DNA from: Poseidonia sp.
GTDB lineage: Archaea; Thermoplasmatota; Poseidoniia; Poseidoniales; Poseidoniaceae
Assembly: GCA_030827745.1 (NCBI GenBank)
Contig: JAURDW010000001.1
Span: forward strand, 5,815 to 69,814
Reading direction: 5' to 3'
DNA: 64,000 nt
The translations under genes and the position numbers were made by a program. Within the stretch, counting starts at the first letter, position 1; every line of letters begins with the position of its first letter. Positions 21,841 through 31,038 of this stretch are shown here, piece by piece. The notes below the pieces were generated by a model, which was given only the letters and a program-made list of their open reading frames with translations, searched no databases and had not been told where the DNA came from.

Positions 21841-22557
21841 TCAGGGCGTGCTGAGCAACCGGCGCGAGAGCGGCAAGAGATGGGGCAGGCTGGCATGAAG
21901 GCGGTGGTCGTCCGGCACCTCTTCCACATGGACGCCTTCGTTCTCTGCCGCAGCGCGATGGCTGTTTTCAAGCGGGACAACATCGTCTTCCGTCCCGTGA
22001 AGAATCACCGTCGGGTGCGGCAATCGTGGCCAAGCCAGCGGACGGGCCGCTTCCACAAAGGACCAAGGCAACACCACCTGTTGGTCCCACCCGGGGGGGT
22101 GAAAAGCGTGCTTACCGCTGGTTTTCCACGCCTCCATCGCGGCGTCTCCCAACGTCGAGGTCACCAAATCAGGATAGCCAAATGCCGGTGCGAGCAAGAG
22201 CAGGCGAAGGTCAAGTTCGGGACGCTGTGCAGCCGCATTTGCGGTGGCCAAGCCTCCAAAAGAGGAGCCGATGAGCAGGTCAAACGGTCCGTGTTCGTCA
22301 AGGGTTTCTAAGACGGCTCTGGTTTGACTTGCTTGATCCCATCCGTGTTTTCGCATGTCAATGGCCACAACCTCCCAACCTTGGTTCCTCATCCATGCAG
22401 CCTTGCTGCTGTCGGGGCCGCTCCAAAGACCGTGCGCAAAGGTCACCTTCATGAACGAACCTGCCGTTGACACTTCATGGACTCTTCCGTTCGGCTTGGT
22501 TCCAGTCGTCATCCTTTCATAGCGACGAGTGAAGGCTGAACGGTTGAGGTTTTCCAA
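21841..22557 (-). CDS. Alpha/beta-hydrolase fold protein.
   Basis: Nucleophile-elbow-like motif GSSFGG, and overall length and pattern consistent with a small alpha/beta hydrolase. Start uncertain (internal Mets at about 22512 and 22449). Confidence 0.55.
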   Translation of the reverse strand: MENLNRSAFTRRYERMTTGTKPNGRVHEVSTAGSFMKVTFAHGLWSGPDSSKAAWMRNQGWEVVAIDMRKHGWDQASQTRAVLETLDEHGPFDLLIGSSFGGLATANAAAQRPELDLRLLLLAPAFGYPDLVTSTLGDAAMEAWKTSGKHAFHPPGWDQQVVLPWSFVEAARPLAWPRLPHPTVILHGTEDDVVPLENSHRAAAENEGVHVEEVPDDHRLHASLPHLLPLSRRLLSTP

Positions 22558-22637
22558 TGGAAACGAAGGGGTCCTTCTTGACGTGAAGAAGCATTAAATG
22601 GCGTCGCCAATGTTGTTCAACACCCGGCGGTTTCATC

Positions 22638-24767
22638 ATGGCAGCGATTCAGGAATTTGACCTCCCAGCGCGGTGGACCTCGCTGTTGCAGGACAAATAC
22701 TCCGAAGCCATTCACAACCTGTCAAAATTGTGGCCAGATACGGAATCTCTTGACGTTTCGTACCGCGAGGTCGAAGGTTACGACCACGAATTCGCTCAAG
22801 ACATCCTCGCCAAACCAGACTTGCACTTTGACGCAGCCAACGATGCCCTCCAACAGTTCATGTTGGACATCGGTGCGGGGAGCATTTTGCCCTTCGTTCG
22901 GATTGTCCACCTTCCGCCCGACCAGGTTCGGACGGTTTCTCAACTCCGAGCAGGGGACATTGACCGCCTCATCGCCATCGATGCCGTGACCACAAAAATC
23001 TCGGGAGTCCGCCCCCGCCTCTACACGGCGGTCTTCGAGTGCGTGGCATGCGGGCACGTCATGGACATCAAACAACCCAACGAGCAGGAACTTATCGAAC
23101 CGCTTGAATGTTCACAAATCGAGGGAGGGTGCGGCCGACCAAAGCGCCAGACTCGGTTCCTGCTCCAACAGCAATCATCTCATTTGATCAACTCTCAGTT
23201 CATTGAACTCCAAGAGCTTCCCGAACAAATGAAGGGAGGCATCCAACCCGAACGCATCGTCTGCATTGCTGAGCAAGACTTGGCCGGCCGTTTGAATCCC
23301 GGCGACCGCGTCAAAGCAAACGGTGTCTTGTTCATCCGCTCCCAGCGGAAGGGCGGAAAAGACACCCCCGTGTTTGATATCTTCCTTCGTATTCATTCCC
23401 TTGAACGGCAGAACATTCCCCTTGAAGAAATCGTCATCACCGAGGAGGAGGAGACCGAGATCAAAACCATCGCTCGAGACCCTGAAGTTTACGATGTGCT
23501 CATTCGCAGCATCGCCCCCTCTATCTTTGGAATGGAACGGGTCAAGGAGTCCCTGATGCTCCAACTCTTCGGCGGTGAGGCGCAGGTCAACGAAGACGGA
23601 ACACGCAATCGCGGTGACATTCACATCCTTCTCATGGGCGACCCCGGGGTCGCGAAATCGCAATTGTTGCATTACATGTCAACCATCTCACCTCGGGGCC
23701 GCTTTGCCTCGGGCAAGTCTGCATCTGCTGCGGGTCTGACCGCAGCAGCCGTGCAAGATGCTGCAGCCGACGGGCGATGGACGCTTGAAGCAGGTGCTTT
23801 GGTGCTGGCAGACTTGGGTCTTGCGGCGATTGATGAATTTGACAAGATGAACAACGCCGACCGCTCGAGCATGCACGAGGCAATGGAACAACAATCCATT
23901 TCCATATCAAAAGCAGGCATCAACGCCAGTTTGCGTACACGCTGCGCCGTTCTCGCTGCAGCCAACCCAACCAGCGGCCGGTTTCAACCGATCAGCGATG
24001 TCCCTTTTACCGGACAGATTAACCTCGCGCCCCCGTTGATATCTCGTTTTGACATCATCTGGCTCCTCACGGACACTCCCAACGAAACCAGCGACGAAAA
24101 AATCGCTCAACACATCATCAACACGAGGGCGGAAGGGAGCAGCGAACTCTTGGTCAGCGAAGGAACCATTCCCGACCCGGCACGTGCCTCTGCAGCGAAG
24201 AAATCAACCACCACGAAGGACGGAAAATACACCCATTTGTCTCGAGATGTCTTGCGCAAATACGTCGCGTTTTCAAAGCGTAATTTCCATCCAAAACTCA
24301 ACGACGAAGCCCGAGAAAAAATCGTCGCCTACTACGTCTCCACCCGAAAGAAAGGCGGCGACTCACCCGACAGCGTTGCTATCACGGCTCGCTCGCTTGA
24401 AGCTCTCTCTCGTCTTGCGGAAGCGAGCGCCCGCATCCGTTTAACCGACATCGCTACGCTGGCAGATGCCGACCGCGCCATTCGCCTCACCGAAACATGG
24501 CGTCACGAACTGATGGGAGAGAACTTCGATTTGACGACCATTGAATCCGGGAAGAAGGGGGCGGTTCGCAACCAAGAGAAGTTCATCCTTGACACGGTCT
24601 CTTCGTTGCAAAACGAAAGCGGGACGCACGCTGAATTGCTGGCGGTTCTCAACGAGGCGGAGAGACGCGACATTCCGAGATCGAAAGCCGAGGACATCAT
24701 CGATAAACTGTGCCGAGACGGTCGCATGATGCGTCCGGGCGGGTACGACACGCTTCAAGTGGTTTGA
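22638..24767 (+). CDS. mcm: MCM replicative helicase.
   Basis: 4-Cys zinc finger (CVACGH...CSQIEGGCGRP), Walker A GDPGVAKSQLL, Walker B IDEFDKM, arginine-finger region SRFD, and a C-terminal winged helix. Confidence 0.9.
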   Translation: MAAIQEFDLPARWTSLLQDKYSEAIHNLSKLWPDTESLDVSYREVEGYDHEFAQDILAKPDLHFDAANDALQQFMLDIGAGSILPFVRIVHLPPDQVRTVSQLRAGDIDRLIAIDAVTTKISGVRPRLYTAVFECVACGHVMDIKQPNEQELIEPLECSQIEGGCGRPKRQTRFLLQQQSSHLINSQFIELQELPEQMKGGIQPERIVCIAEQDLAGRLNPGDRVKANGVLFIRSQRKGGKDTPVFDIFLRIHSLERQNIPLEEIVITEEEETEIKTIARDPEVYDVLIRSIAPSIFGMERVKESLMLQLFGGEAQVNEDGTRNRGDIHILLMGDPGVAKSQLLHYMSTISPRGRFASGKSASAAGLTAAAVQDAAADGRWTLEAGALVLADLGLAAIDEFDKMNNADRSSMHEAMEQQSISISKAGINASLRTRCAVLAAANPTSGRFQPISDVPFTGQINLAPPLISRFDIIWLLTDTPNETSDEKIAQHIINTRAEGSSELLVSEGTIPDPARASAAKKSTTTKDGKYTHLSRDVLRKYVAFSKRNFHPKLNDEAREKIVAYYVSTRKKGGDSPDSVAITARSLEALSRLAEASARIRLTDIATLADADRAIRLTETWRHELMGENFDLTTIESGKKGAVRNQEKFILDTVSSLQNESGTHAELLAVLNEAERRDIPRSKAEDIIDKLCRDGRMMRPGGYDTLQVV

Positions 24768-24815
24768 ATCTCAACCATGCGTGGTGCTCATGAAGGGTGA
24801 GCCCGTCCCCGTTCC

Positions 24816-26834
24816 ATGGCCGATGAACCCGAAGGTGATGTTCAGCGTCCTGAAAGCCTTGACCCCGATGCTCTTGGGTTCATGTGCGGTATTGAAGTCC
24901 ACCAACAACTTGCTACCGGCAAACTTCATTCTCGCCAAAGCGGTGAATTGTACGACATCACCGCCGACACGCTCCCTGAGGCTTGGCCTCGGTTTGAACG
25001 GCGGCTTCGCGCCGCTCGGGGGGAAGGCGGTGCCATTGACGTAGCAGCGAGGTTTGAATCCAAGCGGAACCGGAGTTTTGTGTACGCACAATCACCAAAC
25101 GCTGGCTTAATTGAGTTGGACGAAGCTCCACCGTTGGCGTTGGACGACGACGCTGTAAGCATCGCCTTGACCGTCTCCGCTTTGCTCAACGCTCAACCGG
25201 TCACCTTGATTCAAACCATGAGAAAAACCGTTGTGGACGGTTCCAACACCAGTGGCTTTCAGCGCACTTCACTGATGGCGACCAACGGCGTCCTTTCCAC
25301 CGAGGAAGGCGATGTCGGTGTTGACGTGGTGTGCCTCGAGGAAGACAGCGCCCGAAAACTCGACACGGTCGACCTTCCAAACGGTCAACAAGTGCTCTAC
25401 AATCTCGACCGCCTTGGCCTTCCGCTGATTGAAATTGCCACTTCCCCTGACATCGTGTCCCCAGACCACGCCAAAATCACGGCCAAGGCCCTGGGCCGCG
25501 TTCTCCGGCAAACTCGGCGCGTGCGCCGTGGCCTCGGAAGCATTCGTCAAGACCTCAACGTCTCCATCGCCGCTGGTGACCGCGTGGAGATCAAAGGGTG
25601 TCAAGACCTTGGTTGGATTCCACGAATTGTTCGGCTGGAAATGGCCCGTCAACTCCATTTTTACCGTTTGGCCAACGATTTGCGAAGCGCCCTCTCTCTT
25701 CCTGCACTCCCGCCCAACCGAAACGAGGACGATGAAGCGGTGGAAGCGATGGTGGCCGAGCGCGTGAGCGAACACGTGCCGCTTGACCTCAGCGACGTCA
25801 CGTCGGTGTTCACGTCAACTGAATCGGGCATGGTCAGTGAGGCTCTCTCAAACGGGGCCATCGTGATGGCGTTACCGTTGCCGGGCATGCTGGGTAAACT
25901 CGGCACCAAGACGCTTGATGCTGAAGGCGCTCAACTGCCCCGACTCGGCAGGGAACTGGCAGGGGCTGCGAAACTTGCTGGCGTGAAGGGTATCTTCCAC
26001 GCCGATGAACTGCCCGCTTACGGCATCGGTGAGGACGAAGTCAATCAGGTTCGCTCCACCCTTTCTCTTGGACCGGACGATGCTTTCGTGTTGTGCTGCG
26101 CACCTGCATGGCAGGCTCAACTTGCCCTTGAAGCCGTGCTGACTCGGGCAAGGTTGGCTTGGCACCGTACGGCGCAAGAAGTTCGCAACGTGGTGGTGAA
26201 AAAAGGCGCCCCCGAAGACGGAACGACCGCCCCGATGCGTCCGTTGCCGGGGCGTTCTCGTATGTACCCGGAAACCGATGTTCCTCCCCAAGCCCTCGAC
26301 GCCGCCCGGTGGCAGACCGTTCTCGAAGCGTTGCCGATGACCGACGACGAGCGGGCCAAACGCCTCGAAACCTACTCCATCTCCGCTGACCAGGCAGAGC
26401 AGCTTCTCGCCCGCGAGTTGGACGACATCTTCTGCGAGCATGCAGATTCGTTGCCATCAAAGGCATGGGGGGCTTTGCTGCTGACCCACGATGAGGAACC
26501 ACCTGCCCTGCTCGCCAATGTCTTGAGGCTCAAAGAGGAAGGTGCACTGGCTCGGGACCACATCGACCACGTGGTTGAAGCTCACTCGAGCCAACACGTT
26601 GCTTACGAAACGCTGCTTGCTTACTGTGAAGCGAACGATCTCGCGCCTGCCGACATCAGCGGCTTGGCCGACGTCATCAACGGTATTGTTGCACAGCGGC
26701 TGGACTTCGTCAAAGAACGGGGCATGGGTGCCATGGGGCCGTTGATGGGGGTCGTGATGCAGGCAGCAGGTGGTGCAGACGGCAAAGAGGTCAGTGCTCT
26801 GCTCAAGGCCGCTATTCAAGCAGCAATGGAGTGA
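24816..26834 (+). CDS. gatE: Glutamyl-tRNA(Gln) amidotransferase subunit E (GatE).
   Basis: N-terminus GFMCGIEVHQQL parallels the archaeal GatE start (GLKVGLEIHQQL). 672 aa with GatB/YqeY-like C-terminal region. Confidence 0.75.
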   Translation: MADEPEGDVQRPESLDPDALGFMCGIEVHQQLATGKLHSRQSGELYDITADTLPEAWPRFERRLRAARGEGGAIDVAARFESKRNRSFVYAQSPNAGLIELDEAPPLALDDDAVSIALTVSALLNAQPVTLIQTMRKTVVDGSNTSGFQRTSLMATNGVLSTEEGDVGVDVVCLEEDSARKLDTVDLPNGQQVLYNLDRLGLPLIEIATSPDIVSPDHAKITAKALGRVLRQTRRVRRGLGSIRQDLNVSIAAGDRVEIKGCQDLGWIPRIVRLEMARQLHFYRLANDLRSALSLPALPPNRNEDDEAVEAMVAERVSEHVPLDLSDVTSVFTSTESGMVSEALSNGAIVMALPLPGMLGKLGTKTLDAEGAQLPRLGRELAGAAKLAGVKGIFHADELPAYGIGEDEVNQVRSTLSLGPDDAFVLCCAPAWQAQLALEAVLTRARLAWHRTAQEVRNVVVKKGAPEDGTTAPMRPLPGRSRMYPETDVPPQALDAARWQTVLEALPMTDDERAKRLETYSISADQAEQLLARELDDIFCEHADSLPSKAWGALLLTHDEEPPALLANVLRLKEEGALARDHIDHVVEAHSSQHVAYETLLAYCEANDLAPADISGLADVINGIVAQRLDFVKERGMGAMGPLMGVVMQAAGGADGKEVSALLKAAIQAAME

Positions 26835-26841
26835 GGCTGGC

Positions 26842-28488
26842 ATGCGGGTCGCGTTGTTGACCCTCGCCTTGTTCTCTCTCTTCTCCGCCCTCCCCCTCGC
26901 TCAGGCCGCCGCACCGGTTTGGACGCTTGATGTCGGTCCGGGCTACATCACCACGACGCCCGTTGTTGACGACGACCGTGTCTATGTACGAACCTCTGGA
27001 TTTTGGACGGATGAACAGCGCCCGGTCGTGATGGCGGTGAGCCATGCGGGTGAAATTGAATGGAGGTACAGCAACCCCAACGTCACGCAACACGACATGG
27101 CCCCGCTCACTTTGGTTGCAGCAGGCGAAGGCGCGTGTGGGGCTTGGCCGGACCTTGTGCTCGTTGGTTGGACGGACGGGACGTTTGAGGCTCGCGAGCG
27201 GGATTCAGGGCAGGTTCTCTGGTCTGTGAATTCCACAGTTGACGGCTGGGGCATCACGGGATTGGCGGCCGTGGACGACGACCATGTGGTGGTCCCGTTA
27301 CGTCAAGGGCTCGGTCGGTATTGTCTGGCAAACGGCGTCGTTGATTTTGAGACCGTTACGGGACTGGGATGGCGGAACGGCGTGACGGTGGCTGACGACG
27401 GCTTCTGGGTGGGCGACGAGGGAGGTCGCCTTTGGAAGGTGTCTCGCCAAGGAGTTGCACAGCAAGCGACGATGTTGCCCGGCTCCCTTCGCCATGCCCC
27501 CGTTCTTGTGGATGAGCGCTTCTTGCTTCATGTTCAAACCTCCGACGCTTCGGTCTTGATGGTCTACAACCAAAGCGACGAACGGCTCGCCGAAGTCGTC
27601 AACTCTGGACCTTCCCCGGGGCTTCCGCTTCCGACGGCCAAGGGGGCCATCTTCGCGGACAGTTCCGGCCTCACCTCGGTCACGTGTGAGGCCCAATGCA
27701 TCGCCGTCTCCTCGCTTTCCGGGCGCGTGAACGGAGAAATGGCGTGGTCATCAGCAATGAAATTCCACGCACCGGTGAACGCTCCCGAGGCTGGATGGAT
27801 GACGGTAAGCGTTGACCCTACAGGAATGCTTGTGTTGAACACACCCTTGAACACCACTTTTGACGGGTACGGTACATCCGCTCCAGCCGTTCACGACGGG
27901 CGACTGTACCTCGGCAACGATGCTGGAGTCCTCGTTGCGTTGGACGGTGGAAGCCCCCTCACGACGACGGCCACTTCCGAACCTACGCCTTTGCTCCCCG
28001 CCCTTTTGCTCGTCTTGGCCCTTACGGGGGCCGCGATTCTGGCCTCAAAAGGAGAACTCCTTTGGGCTTGGCGCTCCCTTTCCCTGGTCTTCCTCGTTCT
28101 TGCCGTCTCCCTCCTCCCGGGGCTTGGAGCATCATGGGCGGAGCGTTGGTCATCGCCATCTTCACCAAGTTCGGAGAGTGCATGGGACCCAGCATGGCCC
28201 GACACGTGGTTGGGAACCCAAGTCGTGGTGTTTGCCCTACCGGATGAAACGCTGGTCGTCGGGGGTTTGGTTGGGCACACCACCGTGCTCGAAGCCAGCC
28301 AGGCAGCGGCGGACCAACTCGGGGTTGTTTTGGTGGTGGAGGAAACCGCCATCGGGACCTACCTCACGTCCATCAACGAAACCTCAGCATCGGGTTGGGA
28401 ATACACGTTGAACGGCGAACGAGGGGCCTTTGCCGTGGACGAGGCGCCCATCAAGAGCGACGTTGTTCTGGTGTGGCGGCTTGTTTGA
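26842..28488 (+). CDS. Secreted PQQ-like beta-propeller protein with two TM segments and a C-terminal DUF4430 (transcobalamin-beta-like) domain.
   Basis: Signal peptide MRVALLTLALFSLFSALPLAQAAAP. Repeated propeller-like units (VYVRTSGFW..., LWSVNS..., FWVGDEGGRLWKV, RLYLGNDAGVLVALD). TM helices (LLPALLLVLALTGAAILA; LSLVFLVLAVSLLPGL). C-terminal SINETSASGWEYTLNGERGAFAVDEAPIKSDVVLVWRLV matches the DUF4430 pattern. The start is set at ATG 26842. Confidence 0.6.
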   Translation: MRVALLTLALFSLFSALPLAQAAAPVWTLDVGPGYITTTPVVDDDRVYVRTSGFWTDEQRPVVMAVSHAGEIEWRYSNPNVTQHDMAPLTLVAAGEGACGAWPDLVLVGWTDGTFEARERDSGQVLWSVNSTVDGWGITGLAAVDDDHVVVPLRQGLGRYCLANGVVDFETVTGLGWRNGVTVADDGFWVGDEGGRLWKVSRQGVAQQATMLPGSLRHAPVLVDERFLLHVQTSDASVLMVYNQSDERLAEVVNSGPSPGLPLPTAKGAIFADSSGLTSVTCEAQCIAVSSLSGRVNGEMAWSSAMKFHAPVNAPEAGWMTVSVDPTGMLVLNTPLNTTFDGYGTSAPAVHDGRLYLGNDAGVLVALDGGSPLTTTATSEPTPLLPALLLVLALTGAAILASKGELLWAWRSLSLVFLVLAVSLLPGLGASWAERWSSPSSPSSESAWDPAWPDTWLGTQVVVFALPDETLVVGGLVGHTTVLEASQAAADQLGVVLVVEETAIGTYLTSINETSASGWEYTLNGERGAFAVDEAPIKSDVVLVWRLV

Positions 28489-28522
28489 ATGAGGCAAGGC
28501 TCAAGGAGGCCCTCTCCTTCGC

Positions 28523-29188
28523 ATGACCATGTTCCAAGCGACGGGTGTGCACGGACCTGAACTCACGCCGCTCGGCAGTGCACTCCTCAATCTCCTTTTG
28601 GTCAGCGCCGCCTTTGCTTTCCTCTTTTCGGGTCGTCGAAGCCAAAGGTTTGTGTTCGGAGCCCTGGCCACCCTCGTGGTTTCGATGGCGGCGCTTCGTG
28701 TGGTGATGCAACCGTTGCCAAATGTTCAACCCGTGACGGTGGCCGCCGTTCTCGTCGGCGCTCATTTTGGCGCTCGTCGCGGTGCAGCCTTTGCCGTCCT
28801 TGTTGCCTTGCTCTCAAACATGCTCATCGGCGACGGTTGGTGGACGTTGTTCCAAGCAGCAGGTTGGGCCAGTGCCGCCTTCCTGGGGGCGTTGTTCGTG
28901 TCGGCCAAGAGCGAAGCTCTTGACATGAGGCGTCTGTGCTGTGTTTCCGTCGCATCAGCGTTCTTGTTCGGCCTCATCACCACGCTTTCCTTGGTTGAAG
29001 CCGGCACATCCGTGACAGGTTTCGGCCTGCTCTTCCTTCAGGGGGCGCCGTACGATGCTGTCCATGCCGTTGGTAATCTCATGTTTGCCGTGTGGTTGGG
29101 TCCGTTGTTGCACGGCTTCCTCCAGGGGTTGACAGCACTCAACGACGAGGTTCAACACGCAGGGGATGCTCATGTCGTCCATGGGTGA
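28523..29188 (+). CDS. ECF-transporter S-component-like polytopic membrane protein.
   Basis: 221 aa with about six hydrophobic helices and no soluble domain. It lies directly downstream of the DUF4430 protein. The family assignment is by size and topology only. Confidence 0.4.
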   Translation: MTMFQATGVHGPELTPLGSALLNLLLVSAAFAFLFSGRRSQRFVFGALATLVVSMAALRVVMQPLPNVQPVTVAAVLVGAHFGARRGAAFAVLVALLSNMLIGDGWWTLFQAAGWASAAFLGALFVSAKSEALDMRRLCCVSVASAFLFGLITTLSLVEAGTSVTGFGLLFLQGAPYDAVHAVGNLMFAVWLGPLLHGFLQGLTALNDEVQHAGDAHVVHG

Positions 29189-29198
29189 TGCTCCCAGC

Positions 29199-29528
29199 AT
29201 GGCGCTGATCGTTCGCTTGGACCTTGGCCTGAGCACCGGGAAAACCGCTGCACAGTGTGCGCATGCTGCCGTGGATGTTGTTCAAAAGGCTCGGAGGTCG
29301 CGTTTGCTGGAGCGTTGGCGTGCTGGAGGCGCCCGAAAAATCGTGTTGGGTGTTGAGGATGAAGCGGCCCTTCACACCTTGGCCGCTCGTGTTCCGCAAG
29401 GCTGCTATTCAGCGGTGGTTCGAGATGCCGGACACACGGAAGTGCCCTCGGGTACGGTGACGGTCCTGGGTTTGCTCGGTCCTCGACGAAGCATGGATGC
29501 GCTGCTGGCGCACTTGGACGCGTTGTGA
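29199..29528 (+). CDS. pth2: Peptidyl-tRNA hydrolase, archaeal Pth2 type (paralog 1).
   Basis: LIVRLDLGLSTGKTAAQCAHAAV...SAVVRDAGHTEVPSGTVTVLGL matches Pth2 signatures. Confidence 0.75.
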   Translation: MALIVRLDLGLSTGKTAAQCAHAAVDVVQKARRSRLLERWRAGGARKIVLGVEDEAALHTLAARVPQGCYSAVVRDAGHTEVPSGTVTVLGLLGPRRSMDALLAHLDAL

Positions 29529-29580
29529 GGGGTGTCGAATGGGTCTCCGCTCCTTTTTGCATCGAATCACAGCACCAAAA

Positions 29581-29955
29581 ATGGGGCGTGACTCCATCAA
29601 CGGCTCTGTTAAACTCGTTTGCGTTGTGAATCAATCCCTCAAAATGGGGAAAGGCAAGGTGGCCGCTCAAGTGGGTCACGCCTCCGTTGAGGCTTTTCTC
29701 CGAACAGGTGCAAGCCACCCTGCCCATGTGGAAACATGGCTGGCCATGGGCCAGAAAAAAATCTGCGTGAAAGTCCCCGACGAGACCCATTTCGATGCGT
29801 TGCGTGAAGCCGCCTCCGCACATGGCGTGCCTTGGCATGTCGTCAAGGACGCCGGTCACACCCAAATCCCCGCAGGCTCGTCAACGGTTCTAGCACTTGG
29901 TCCGTTTGATGCGGATGTGTTGGATTCCATCACCGGGGAGTTGAAACTGCTTTGA
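29581..29955 (+). CDS. pth2: Peptidyl-tRNA hydrolase, archaeal Pth2 type (paralog 2).
   Basis: LVCVVNQSLKMGKGKVAAQVGHASV...HVVKDAGHTQIPAGSSTVLALGP matches Pth2 signatures. Confidence 0.75.
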   Translation: MGRDSINGSVKLVCVVNQSLKMGKGKVAAQVGHASVEAFLRTGASHPAHVETWLAMGQKKICVKVPDETHFDALREAASAHGVPWHVVKDAGHTQIPAGSSTVLALGPFDADVLDSITGELKLL

Positions 29956-29985
29956 CACGGCATTCATGAAGGGGAGCCACGAGCA

Positions 29986-31038
29986 TTGTGCATGCGCGAA
30001 CACCCGTCCAACCGTGTTGACTTTCGCTCAGACACGGTCACGCAACCAACGGCAGCCATGCGAAAAGCGATGGCGGCTGCACCGGTCGGTGACGACGTCT
30101 TGGGCGATGACGCCACGGTCATGGCGCTCCAAGAGCGGGTGGCGACCATGTTTGGAAAGGAGGCGGGCTTGTTTGTCGCCTCCGGCACCATGTCCAACGC
30201 CGTTGCTTTGCGGACCCATACCGTTCCAGGAGACGAAATCGTTTGCGATAAAACCGCTCATATCTATCGTTACGAGGGGGGTGGCTATGCTGCGTTGTGT
30301 GGGGCGTCGGTGGCTCTGGTTGATGGTGAAAAGGGTTTGATGACGGCAGAGCAGGTTCGAAGCGCGGTGCGAAAAGCAGACGGCTCTGGCAGCCATTACC
30401 CAAACGCAAGCCTCGTCTGCGTGGAAAACACTTCCAACCTCGGAGGTGGAACGTGCTACGACCTTGACATGCTGGACGACATTGCCGCAGCGGCCAAAGC
30501 GATGGGCTGTGCGACCCATCTCGACGGTGCTCGAATTTTCAATGCCGCAGCAGCGACCGGCATTGACGTTGCACGGATGTGTGCTGGCTACGATTCGGTT
30601 TCCATCTGTTTCTCCAAGGGTCTCGGTGCTCCCGTCGGTTCGGTGTTGGTCGGAAGCCGTGAATTCATTCAAAACGCTCACCGTTGGCGAAAAATGTTTG
30701 GCGGCGGATGGCGTCAAGCAGGTCTTCTTGCAGCAGCGTGCAACCATGCGCTCGACCATCATGTGGACCGTTTGGTGGAGGACCATGTTCGTGCCCGGAC
30801 GCTCGCCGAGGGCTTGAACAAACTGCCAGCTTTCTCGGTGGACCTGACCACGGTTCAAACCAACATGGTCTACGTCGACTGCGCCGCACCCGCTCAGCAT
30901 GTCGTTGAGAAACTCGCCGGTCACGGCATCGATATCCTTGACACGGCCGCACATCGCGTACGGTTCGTCGTCCACCTCCATATTACGGACGAAGATGTGG
31001 AAAGGCTGCTCTCGGTCTGTGCCTCCGAATGGGCATGA
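29986..31038 (+). CDS. ltaE: Low-specificity L-threonine aldolase (PLP-dependent, beta-eliminating lyase family).
   Basis: VDFRSDTVTQPT...GDDVLGDD...ASGTMSNAVAL...FSKGLGAPVGSVLVGS (PLP-Lys region). Confidence 0.8.
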   Translation: MCMREHPSNRVDFRSDTVTQPTAAMRKAMAAAPVGDDVLGDDATVMALQERVATMFGKEAGLFVASGTMSNAVALRTHTVPGDEIVCDKTAHIYRYEGGGYAALCGASVALVDGEKGLMTAEQVRSAVRKADGSGSHYPNASLVCVENTSNLGGGTCYDLDMLDDIAAAAKAMGCATHLDGARIFNAAAATGIDVARMCAGYDSVSICFSKGLGAPVGSVLVGSREFIQNAHRWRKMFGGGWRQAGLLAAACNHALDHHVDRLVEDHVRARTLAEGLNKLPAFSVDLTTVQTNMVYVDCAAPAQHVVEKLAGHGIDILDTAAHRVRFVVHLHITDEDVERLLSVCASEWA

